The notes under the pieces: generated by a model
Told to the model about the DNA's origin: nothing
The model's input: the letters and a program-made list of their open reading frames with translations, nothing else
The model's database searches: none
Part shown: in pieces, positions 50,151-61,530 of the stretch
Layout of the letters: every line of letters starts with the position of its first letter
Position numbering within the stretch: position 1 is the stretch's first letter
From: Pristiophorus japonicus
Taxonomy: Eukaryota
DNA: 64,000 nucleotides
Reading direction: 5' to 3'
NCBI RefSeq assembly: GCF_044704955.1
Contig: NC_091997.1
Span: forward strand, 65,286,001 to 65,350,000
Program-made: the position numbers and the translations under genes

Positions 50151-50974
50151 CAAGGTCTAAAGAGAAGTGGAAAATTAATTGAAGGTTAGGAGGCAACAGC
50201 TTCTTCTCTGCGTCGTTGTGAAACAGAAATTTTCAAATAGGTAGACACTGCGAGACCATTCCCTTTCGGCAGATCTAAACTGGATCGTGCACATTCTATC
50301 AGGTGCTTCATCTGAGTGACTATCACAATAATGAGATATTCTAGGAATGTTGACACTGCTTGCTAATTTGCCATTTCCCTTCAACAGATGGGGAAAAAAA
50401 GTAAATACCAACACACTTCAAATCACCTGTCTCAGTTGATGGCACTCCTGCATGCATCATCCTTTTCGCAAAACAAAACTGAGCCCAAGCTACTCCCAGA
50501 CACCACACATTTACATCATGGTTGGCACACGGTTTAGTTATGTACATATGTACCTTATACACTACAATGACACTTCCGCCAATTGTGCTTCCAGTGTGAT
50601 CTTCGGCACTTTCCCCTTGTGCCAGGATGCTCTTTCCAGACACCCAAATTTGGAAGGACATTATCCTTAATTGAAGTGACTCACATTTTTCACAGTTCAA
50701 GCAGATGGTGTAAAAACTTGCACTTTGCTGAAATCCTAATGACAATACTGGGAAAAGAACATGCTGGAAGTATTTCAATGTGACATCTTCAGCTTCAGCC
50801 CTCACTCCCTTGAACTTTTTGATCTGTTATTTCCTTGTAATACACCCCAACTTGTACTTGCCCTACATATTGTAGTTGAATAGGTAGAAGTACTGTGCAA
50901 TTCTGAATATTTTAAGGGATTTGTCTCCTGTTAATATTTTTGTATAATCAGCTTTAGTTCAGAAAATTACAACT

Positions 50975-51120
50975 GCAAGATCAGGAAGGCTCCAGGTTCA
51001 GTCTCTGATCTATGCAGAGTGAGCCAATGGCAGCCAGGACACTCTGGTCACTGGGTAAGGACAAGACTGACTGTGATGTCCCCTATGATCAATTAGCCTG
51101 CCAACATTCACTGTCTGAGT
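50975..51120 (+). mobile_element. Old SINE family B, internally deleted
   Basis: ccaggttcagtctctgatctatgcagag..ctgtgatgtcccc..agcctgccaacattcactgtct. Confidence 0.6.
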
Positions 51121-51124
51121 GGGT

Positions 51125-51375
51125 TAAGGAGAGCAATATTGCAGAGGTGGATATCAGTAGTCTTGGTCAATAGTTAGGATATGGGGTTTAAAAGGTCAAT
51201 TCAGGGTCAAATAGGAGGCCAAGATTACAAGTAGGGTGGTTCAATCTGAAAGTGTAGCAGAGTTTGGGAAGGCCTGAAGATGATGGCTTTGATTTTCCAA
51301 TGATGAGCTGAAATATACCATGACTCATTGAGCACTGGATGTTCAACAAGCAAGCGGATGGTCTGGAGTTTGTAA
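51125..51375 (-). mobile_element. Old L2-like fragment
   Basis: NLGLLFDPELTF; reverse-complement similarity to 48480-48750. Confidence 0.65.
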
Positions 51376-52581
51376 AAGACTGTTTTACATTGATGCCACT
51401 TTTGAAGGTGTCAGGAAAACCAGTTCTTCGGATGGATTTCCACACCTCCAGGAGCTGTGGTCCCAGTGCAGAGCTTTCACCAATACCCTATATACTAAAT
51501 GTAGTATTAGGTGATTTAAAAGTTACCACATTAGAGCTATAATAATTTGCCTTTTGTTAAAAAAGTTAGAGTAAATTTGGGAAATACAGGAAGGCCACTA
51601 TTTATGAGGGCACTGCCATAAATTAAGTAGGGAAAAAAAATCAGGTGTGAGTTGGGCCTGTCATTTGCTCTGTGTCTGCGCCCCCCACCCCCCCCCCGCC
51701 ATCTATCCTTTTCCATATTCCATGGTTTAAGATGCTTGCAATAACAGGCACTTCCAAGAAGCAGTCGTCAGTTTCATCTAGGGCAGCTGAACATACGAAA
51801 GCTAAAAATATTACACAACTTTGATTTCCTAAAATAGTTAAGTGTGGAACTACTGAAACGCATAACCACAAGTCAACATTTCAAGAGGATCAAGAGTTGC
51901 ACTTATGAACATACGAAAATGTCAGACAAGAAAAGACCAGCTGATGCATGGAGTCTATCCCTGACGCATGACAATTCAAACACTCCCTCTCCGCTATGCT
52001 CAATGCTTCAGCAAAGCATCTGATTTGAAGAGAACACAATCTCAGTGCATGGCACAGATGTTATAAGTACATTTACCACACACCCATGCTAATCTTAATT
52101 TAACGATGTTAAATTATAATTAATGCTGATTTGAACCAATCTTACTTTCAATAAAATTATTCTATGTGGTTTACTTGGCTTAGAATCTCTTCCACCTTCA
52201 ATTTAAAGATTTTTTAAAATCCAAGTTGGACATCACCAAACCATTAATGCCATTTATTATTTCATACAAGCTGTGTATAGAATTTTGTATTAAATTTTCT
52301 TCCCTCTTCTCCTGAAAAGGTTGTCTCACAGTGAAGTAGTGTCGTGGGAACCCACCGACTTCTGGTATATGGTGCAATTGCCTATTATTCATGCAAACCA
52401 TGACAGAGTGTCTGCAGACTATTTGGCAATTCTGTCACCCAACATCCACACAGCATACTTTCAGAGAGGAGCTGTAGCTGGTTTACGCCTTCAAAGGTTT
52501 TGAGGCTAAGTGGTACCCCACCATCACAGTCTATTAGCAAACAGCACAAACCAGGGATGGCAACTAGGACTTCCATGGTTT

Positions 52582-55500
52582 GAAACATAGAAACACAGAA
52601 AATAGGTGCAGGAGGCCATTCGGCCCTTCTAGCCTGCACCGCCATTCAATGAGTTCATGGCTGAACATGCAACTTCAGTACCCCATTCCTGCTTTCTCGC
52701 CATACCCCTTGATCCCCCATGTAGTAAGGACTTCATCTAACTCCTTTTTGAATATATTTAGTGAATTGGCCTCAACAACTTTCTGTGGTAGGAAATTCCA
52801 CAGGTTCACCACTCTCTGGATGAAGAAGTTTCTCCTCATCTCGGTCCTAAATGGCTTCTCCCTTATCCTTAGACTGTGACCCCTGGGTCCTGGACTTCCC
52901 CAACATTGGGAACATTCTTCCTGCATCTAACCTGTCTAAACCCATCAGAATTTTAAACGTTTCTATGAGATCCCCTCTCATTCTTCTGAACTCCAGTGAA
53001 TACAAGCCCAGTTGATCCAGACTTTCTTGATATGTCAGTCCCGCCATCCCGGGAATCAGTCTGGTGAACCTTCGCTGCACTCCCTCAATAGCAAGAATGT
53101 CCTTCCTCAAGTTAAGAGACCAAAACTGTACAAAATACTCCAGGTGTGGTCTCACCAAGGCCATGTACAACTGTAGTAACACCTCCCTGCCCCTGTACTC
53201 AAATCCCCTCGCTATGAAGGCCAACATGCCATTTGCTTTCTGAACCGCCTGCTGTACCTGCATGCCAACCTTCAATAACTGATGTACCATGACACCCAGG
53301 TCTCATTGCACCTCCCCTTTTCCTAATCTGTCACCATTCAGATCATAGTCTGTCTCTGTTTTTACCACCAAAGTGGATAACCTCACATTTATCCACATTA
53401 TACTTCATCCGCCATGCATTTGCCCACTCACCTAACCTATCCAAGTCATTCTGCAGCCACATAGCATCCTCCTCGCAGCTCACACTGCCACCCAACTTAG
53501 TGTCATCCGCAAATTTGGAGATACTACATTTAATCCCCTCGTCTAAATCATTAATGTACAATGTAAACAGCTGGGGCCCCAGCACAGAACCTTGCGGTAC
53601 CCCACTAGTCACTGCCTGCCATTCTGAAAAGTACCCATTTACTCCTACTCTTTGCTTCCTGTCTGACAACCAGTTCTCAATCCACATCAGCACACTACCC
53701 CCAATCCCATGTGCTTTAACTTTGCACATTAATCTCGTGTGTGGGACCTTGTCGAAAGCCTTCTGAAAGTCCAAATATACCACATCAACTGGTTCTCCCT
53801 TGTCCACTCTACTGGAAATATCCTCAAAAAATTCCAGAAGATTTGTCAAGCATGATTTCCCCTTCACAAATCCATGCTGACTTGGACCTATCATGTCACC
53901 TCTTTCCAAATGCACTGCTATGACATCCTTAATAATTGATTCCATCATTTTACCCATTACCGATGTCAGGCTGACTGGTCAAAAATGCCGTGTTTTTTCT
54001 TTCCCTCCTTTTTTTAAAAAAGTGGGGTTACATTGGTTACCCTCCACTCCATAGGAACTGATCCAGAGTCGATGGAATGTTGGAAAATGACTGTCAATGC
54101 ATCCACTATTTCCAAGGCCACCTCCTTAAGTACTCTGGGATGCAGTCCATCAGGCCCTGGGGATTTATCGGCCTTCAATCCCATCAATTTCCCCAACACA
54201 ATTTCCCAACTAATAATGATTTCCCTCAGTTCCTCCTTCTTACTAGACCCTCTGACCCCTTTTATATCCGGAAGATTGTTTGTGTCATCCTGAGTGAATA
54301 CCGAACCAAAGTACTTGTTCAATTGGTCTGCCATTTCTTTGTTCCCCATTATGACTTCCCCTGATTCTGACTGCAGGGGACCTACGTTTGTCTTTACTAA
54401 CCTTTTTCTCTTTACATATCTATAGAAACTTTTGCAGTCTGTCTTAATGTTCCCTGCAAGCTTCCTCTCTGACTCTATTTTCCCTGCCCTAATCAAACCC
54501 TTTATCCTCCTCTGCTGAGTTCTAAATTTCTCCCAGTCCCCAGGTTCGCTGCTATTTCTGGCCAATTTGTATGCCACTTCCTTGGCTTTAATACTATCCC
54601 TGATTTCCCTTGATAGCCACGGTTGAGCCACCTTCCCTTTTTTATTTTTACGCCAGACAGGGATGTACAAATGTTGTAGTTCATCCATGCAGTCTCTAAA
54701 TGTCTGCCATTGCCCATCCAAAGTCAACCCTTTAAGTATCAATCTATCCTAGCCAATTCACGCCTCATACCTTCAAAGTTACCCTTCTTTAAGTTCTGGA
54801 CCATGGTATCTGAATTAACTCCATCCTAATGTAGAATTCCACCATATTATGATCACTCTTCCCCAAGGGGCCTCGCACAACGAGATTGCTAATTAATCCT
54901 CTCTCATTACACAACACCCAGTCTAAGATGGCCTCCCCCCTAGTTGGTTCCTCGACATATTGGTCTAGAAAACCATCCTTTTTGCACTCCAGGAAATCCT
55001 CCTCCACCGTATTGCTTTCAGTTTGGTTAGCCCAATCTATATGCATATTAAAGTCACCCATGATAATTGCTGCACCTTTATTGCATGCACCCCTAATTTC
55101 CTGTTTGATGCCCTCCCCAACATCACTACTACTGTTTGGAGGTCTGTACACAACTCCCACTAACGTTTTTTGCCCTTTGGTGTTCTGCAGCTTTACCCAT
55201 ATAGATTCCACATCATCCAAGCTAATGTCCTTCCTAACTATTGCATTAATCTCCTCTTTAACCAGCAATGCTACCCTACCTCCTTTTCCTTTTATTCTAT
55301 CTTTCCTGAATGTTGAATACCCAAGGATGTTGAGTTCCCAGCCCTGATCATCCTGGAGCCACGTCTCTGTAATCCCAATCACATCATATCTGTTAACATC
55401 TATTTGCACAGTTAATTCATCCACTTTATTACGGATGCTCCTTGCATTAAGACACAAAGCCTTCAGGCTTGTTTTTTTAAACACCCTTTGTCCTTTTAGA

Positions 55501-57500
55501 ATAATGATGTAATGTGGCCCTTTTTGTTTCTTTCCTTTGTTTACTCGGCCTTCCACTATTGCTTTTTACCTTTCTACCATTTGTTTCTGACTCCATATTA
55601 CTTCGCCCTAACTCGCTGCATAGGTTCCCATCCCCCTGCCACATTAGTTTAAACACTCCCGAACTGCTTTAGCAAATGTTACCCCTCGGACATCAGTTCC
55701 AGTCCTGCCCAAGTGCAGACCGTCCCTTTTGTACAGGTCCCACTTCCCCCATAACTGGTTCCAATGTCCCAGGAATTTGAATCCCTCCCTCTTGCACCAC
55801 TGCTCAAGCCACGTATTTATTCTAACTATCCTGCTCCCTCGACTCTGATTAGCATGTGGCACTGGTAGCAATCCAGAGGTTACTACCTTTGAGGTCCTAC
55901 TTTTTAAATTTAACTCTTTAGCTTCCTAAATTCAGCTTGTAGGACCTCTTCCCGCTTCTTACCTATATCGTTGGTACCACGACAACTGGCTGTTCACCCT
56001 CCCTCTCCAGAATGCTCTGCAGCCACTCCGAGACATCCTTGACCCTTGCACCAGGGAGGCAACATACCATCCTGGAGTCTCGGTTGCGGCCGCAGAAACT
56101 CCTATCTATTCCCCTTACAATCGAATCCCCTATCACTATCGCTCTCCCACTCTTTTTCCCACCCTTCTGTGCAGCAGAGCCACCCACGGTGCCATGAACC
56201 TGGTAAGTCATCTTGTGGATATCTGAACGGAATATATGGAATTAAGGACAGTAAAGTAAACGGGATATATGAAAATGTATAAGCCATGGAAGAATAGCTG
56301 GAAGAATGTCAGATTGCAAATAGTGCAACATCAGCATAGCTAACAGTCTTTCTCAAGGTTTCAAGTCACTAATCCTGCCAATAATATATAATTGTAACAT
56401 GAAATACATCTGCAGAATTGCAAGGTCTCAGTTAATAGTCACACCATTAGATTGAAACATTTAGAAGCAATGCTTGAGCTGTCAAGAAGAACATCTCATA
56501 TAGATTGACTAATGAGTGGCTGAGTTAGACTGTCAATCCATTTGTATTTTGTTATCTGATTTCTAAACTGTATAACTGTTAACGCTTTACGATGTAACTT
56601 CACCTATCCGTAGGGAGTGTGTACGCTCTATCCAGAGAGTATATCTTCTGTCTGATAGGTCTTACTGGCCGGTAATAAAGACTGCTTTGTTCAAAGCACA
56701 AGAGGTATTCGACTCAGTAATTTTACTGAACCAGATTGAAGTGAAAGAATCCGGGAATTTACAATCTCCCCCAACAGTATCCAAAACGGTATATCTGTTT
56801 TGGAGGGAGATGACCGCAGGGGACTCCTGCACTACCTTCCTGCTCTTGCCTTGTCTCTTGGTCACCCATTCACTATCTGTCCTAACCCTTACCTGCGGTG
56901 TGACCAACTCACTAAATGTGCTATCCACAACATTCTCAGCATCGCGCATGCTCCAGAGTGAGTCCATCCGCAGCTCCAGTGCCGTCATGCGGTCTGTCAG
57001 GAGCTGCAGCTGGACACACTTCCCACACACATCGTAGTCAGGGACACTGGAAGCGTCCCTGACTTCCCACATAGCACAGGAGGAGCATGACACGGGTCCG
57101 AGCTCTCCTACCATGACATAACCCTTAAATTAATTTACTTAATAAAATTTACTTAAACACCAAACAGCTACTTACTGGTTGGCTGCCAATTCAACTAATC
57201 TAAAAGCCAGTCTAAAAGAGAATTATACTTACCAGTCGAACAGCCAACCACTTACCAGCTTGGCTGTGACGTCACCTCTCAATTTCGCACCCCTCTATCT
57301 TTGTCTGCAACTGGTTGGGCTGGTCTCTGGGCCTCTGTCTCCTACTCTCGCACTCCTCATCAGCTGCTCTAGTGTCAGCACTGGTAGGAAAAACAAGACA
57401 AAACAGCACCTGCCACCCCCGCTTGCCCAAACTCACAAATGCCGCTCTATGCAGTTGCACTCCGTGCTCTGCACAAGCTGCCTCTTTTTAAACTGTATCT
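52582..57500 (-). mobile_element. Near-full-length CR1 LINE (5' UTR, ORF1 with Cys-rich finger, coiled coil and SGNH esterase, ORF2 APE-RT, tail); inactivated
   Basis: ORF1: CSSC..CGKC and VIGDSIVRG. ORF2: CLNARS, GITETW, MGDFN, SDH, FADD. Several frameshifts and deletions; 5' boundary approximate. Confidence 0.95.
56214..56763 (+). mobile_element. Solo LTR inserted in CR1 ORF1
   Basis: 550 bp, TG...CA ends, ATCT duplicated at 56210-56213 and 56764-56767, AATAAA at 56674-56679; removing it restores ORF1 LDTVGGD|DLPG. Confidence 0.88.
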
Positions 57501-57694
57501 AGGTCAGATAACTCACTACTGGTCAGTCATTTACAGAACTGGTTTTAACTAGCTGCTAATTGCCTCCTACTGGAGAGTTACCTTGTTTTTCTCTGTCGAA
57601 ACCTGAAAGATTCCCAACTATTTAACTTTTCCCCTTTAAACTGCTTAGAAGCTACTGGCAATTGCCACTAACAATTATTTAGTACCACGCATGG

Positions 57695-57885
57695 GAACAT
57701 AGGAACAGGAGGAGGACATTCAGCTCCTTGAGCCTGTTCCACCATTCAATTAGATCATGGCTGATCTGAATCTCAACTCCATTTGCCCACCTTGGTTCTA
57801 TATCCCTTAGTACAACCTGCGTAACAAAAATCTATCAATCTCAGTTTTTACATTTTTAATTAACCCCCAGGCTCGACAATTTTTT
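57695..57885 (-). mobile_element. CR1 3' UTR stub
   Basis: gaacataggaacagg tail, gatcatggctgatctg. Confidence 0.85.
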
Positions 57886-57984
57886 GAGGTTAGGTCAACT
57901 GAAAATATCAAGAGTGTACACTGAGCCTTCTGGGACCAAATGTTTTATTAAACTTTTCTGTGAGTGTTCCAGGGCTATGCAGTA

Positions 57985-58612
57985 TTTTACTTTTATTCGT
58001 ACATGGGATGTGGGTGTCGCTGGCAAGGCCAGCATTTATTGCCCATTCCTACTTGCCCTGCAGTCCGTGTGGTGAAGGTGCTCCCACAGTGCTGTTAGGG
58101 AGGGAGTTCCAGGATTTTGAACCAGCGACGATGAAGGAACGGCGATTTACTTCCCAGTTAGGATGGTGAGAGACTCGGGGGGGTGGGGGGGAATGTGGAG
58201 GTGGTGGTATTCCCATGCGCCTGCTGCCCTTGTCCTAGTAGGTGGTAGAGGTTGTGGGTTTGGGAGGTGCTAGTGAAGAAGCCTTGGCTTGTTCCGCAGT
58301 GCATCTTGTAGACGGTACACACTGCAGCCACGGTGAGCCGGTGGTGGAGTGCTTGAATGTTGAAGGTGGTGGGAGCGTGCCGATCCAGCGGGCTGCTTTG
58401 TCCTGGATGGTGTCGAGCTTCTTGAGTGTTGCTGGAGTTGCACTCATCCAGGCAAGTGGAGAGTGTTCCATCACACGCCTGACTTGTGCCTTGTCGATGG
58501 TGGAAAGGCTTTTGGGAGTCAGGAGGTGAGACACTCGCCACAGGATACCCAGCCTCTGACCTGTTCTTGTAGCCACAGTATTTATGTGGCTGGTCCAATT
58601 AAGTTTCTGGCT
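57985..58612 (-). mobile_element. Non-LTR retrotransposon 3' fragment of a different family (clade uncertain)
   Basis: KAQVRRVMEHSPLAWMSA..LDTIQDKAAR resembles a LINE RT thumb region; distinct from the CR1 and L2 copies here. Confidence 0.75.
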
Positions 58613-59079
58613 GTTCAGGTTTTATTTCACAAATGACGATTGAGGTTTGTCAGATGTGATGCTTCTTTGTGACTTTTTATAAAATGATTTATAATTGATC
58701 ATGAAGATAAGAATAGAGGTTTATAAGGTTACCAGTTCCATCTAGCTCATCCTTCTGTAGAAACGTTTAGATCCCCTTCTCATCACATTATCCGTCTCTT
58801 GAATAACCCTGAGTTTTTGCCGTCAATGCCACACCCAGGAGATCATTCCAAGCAACCATTTTTCTTTGTGTTACGAAGTACTTCCTGATAAGGCCAGAAT
58901 GTACCTTTTACTATTTTGTACCAATACTCTTTTCCTACAGTCGAAGTATCCAGTGAACCTTTATAAGGTTCCCCCTCGTTCACCACCTTTCAAGAGTCTC
59001 TTTTTCTAACAAGCCAATCCTCTGCCATGAGGCGTCAGCCTTCTCACCTCGCCTGCATCACTTAAGAGGGCTTGCATAT

Positions 59080-59178
59080 TTCTGACGAAAGATCATAGAC
59101 CAAAACATTAACTCGGTTTCTCATGCCACAGATGCTGCCTGACCTGTTGAGTATTGACAGTATTTTCTGTTTTTATCT
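59080..59178 (+). repeat. Penelope-like terminal repeat with a decayed hammerhead core
   Basis: CTGACGA, short stem, AAAAC, then cagatgctgcctgacctgttgagtatt. Confidence 0.55.
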
Positions 59179-59359
59179 ATTACTGAACATTTCACTTCAG
59201 CTTTAATGACTGGACTGGAATAAAATACTCAAGCCTGATAAGAGCACGTGACCTGAGACTTGTGCAATGATTTGGGCAACATAGCTCACCATTCAGTTTT
59301 ACTTTTTTGATTTTCGCTCAGCAACAACTGCATATGGTTCGTGTTGAGTCCACTGCTTC

Positions 59360-60060
59360 ATTTAAAGATCACATGGATGAACTTCAGCAATTGTACATCC
59401 TTGTCTGGGGTAAAAATAAAAAGGGGAAGGTGGTTCAACCGTGGCTAACAAGAGAAATTAATGTTCGTGTTAAATCCAAGGAAGAAGCAGAAAATTGGCC
59501 AGAAAAAGCAACAAACCTGAGGACTGGGAGAAACTTAGAATTCAGCAGAGGAGGACAAAGGGTTTAATTAAGAGGGGGAAAATAGAGTACGAGAAGAAAC
59601 TTGCCGGGAACATAAAAACTGACTGCAAAAGCTTCTATAGATGTGAAGAGATATAGATGTGAAGAGAAAAAGATTAGTGAAGACAAAAGTAGGTCCCTTG
59701 CAGTCGGATTCAGGTGAATTTATAATGGGGAACAAAGAAATGGCAGACCAATTGAACAAATACTTTGGTTCTGTCTTCATGAAGGAAGACACAAATAACC
59801 TTCCGGAAGTACGAGGGGACCGAGGGCCCAGTGAGAAGGAGGAACTGAAAGATATCCTTATTAGGCGAGAAATTGTGTTCGGGAAATTGATGGGATTGAA
59901 TGCCGATAAATCCCCGGGGCCTGATAAGTCTGCGTCCCAGAGTACTTAAGGAAGTGGCCCAAGAAATAGTGGATGCACTGGTGATCATTTTCCAATAGTC
60001 TATCGACTCTGGATCAGTTCCTATGGACTGGAGGGTAGCGAATGTAACACCACTTTTTAA
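59360..60060 (+). mobile_element. CR1 ORF2 internal fragment (no 3' end)
   Basis: FKDHMDELQQLY..KSPGPD..NVTPLF; ends abruptly at the tail of the next element. Confidence 0.93.
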
Positions 60061-61530
60061 ACATAGAAAATAGGTGCAGGAGTCGGCCATTCGGCCCTTC
60101 TAGCCTGCACCGCCATTCAATGAGTTCATGGCTGAACATTCAACTTCAGTACCCCATTCCTGCTTTCTCACCATACCCCTTGATCCCCCGAGTAGTAAGG
60201 ACTTCATCTAACTCCTTTTTGAATATATTTAGTGAATTGGCCTCAACTACTTTCTGTGGTAGAGAATTCCACAGGTTCACCACTCTCTGGGTGAAGAAAT
60301 TCCTCCTCATCTAGGTCCTAAATGGCTTACCCCTTATCCTTAGACTGTGAGCCCTGGTTCTGGACTTCCCCAACATTGGGAACATTCTTCCTGCATCTAA
60401 CCTGTCTAAACCCGTCAGAATTTTAAACGTTTCTATGAGGTCCCCTCTCATTCTTCTGAACTCCAGTGAATACAAGCCCAGTTGATCCAGTCTTTCTTGA
60501 TAGGTCAGTCCCGCCATCCCGGGAATCAGTCTGGTGAACCTTCGCTGCACTCCCTCAATAGCAAGAATGTCCTTCCTCAAGTTAGGAGACCAAAACTGTA
60601 CACAATACTCCAGGTGTGGCCTCACCAAGGCCCTGTACAACTGTAGCAACACCTCCCTGCTCCTGTACTCAAATCCCCTCGCTATGAAGGCCAACATGCC
60701 ATTTGCTTTCTTAACCGCCTGCTGTAACTGCATGCCAACCTTCAATGACTGATGTACCATGACACCCAGGTCTCGTTGCACCTTCCCTTTTCCTAATCTG
60801 TCACCATTCAGATCATAGTCTGTCTCTCTGTTTTTACCACCAAAGTGGATAACCTCACATTTATCCACATCATACTTCATTTGCCATTCATTTGCCCACT
60901 CACCTAACCTTTCCAAGTCACTCTGCAGCCTCATAGCATCCTCCTCGCGGCTCACACTGCCACCCAACTTAGTGCCATCCGCAAATTTGGAGATACTACA
61001 TCTAATCCCCTCGTCTAAATCATTAATGTACAATGTAAACAGCTGGGGCCCCCAGCACAGAACCTTGCGGTACCCCACTAGTCACTGCCTGCCATTCTGA
61101 AAAGTACCCATTTACTCCTACTCTTTGCTTCCTGTCTGACAACCAGTTCTCAATCCACGTCAGCACACTACCCCCAATCCCATGTGCTTTAACTTTGCAC
61201 ATTAATCTCTTGTGTGGGACCTTGTCGAAAGCCTTCCGAAAGTCCAAATATACCACATCAACTGGTTCTCCTTTGTCCACTTTACTGGAAACATCCTCAA
61301 AAAATTCCAGAAGATTTGTCAAGCATGATTTCCCTTTCACAAATCCATACTGACTTGGACCTATCATGTCACCATTTTCCAAATGCGCTGCTATGACATC
61401 CTTAATAATTGATTCCATCATTTTACCCACTACTGAGGTCAGGCTGACCGGTCTCTCTCCCTCCTTTTTTAAAAAGTGGGGTTACATTGGCTACCCTCCA
61501 CTCGATAGGAACTGATCCAGAGTCAATGGA
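60059..61530 (-). mobile_element. CR1 LINE ORF2 3' half
   Basis: 135-aa and 255-aa RT ORFs; acatagaaaatagg tail. Confidence 0.96.

Noticed and set aside
52560-57700. TSD around the near-full-length CR1
   Set aside because: No convincing duplicated flank found; the 5' boundary remains approximate.
59360-61530. Twin-priming 5' inversion
   Set aside because: The opposed fragment abuts the 3' tail rather than the 5' end, and the two parts are different subfamilies.
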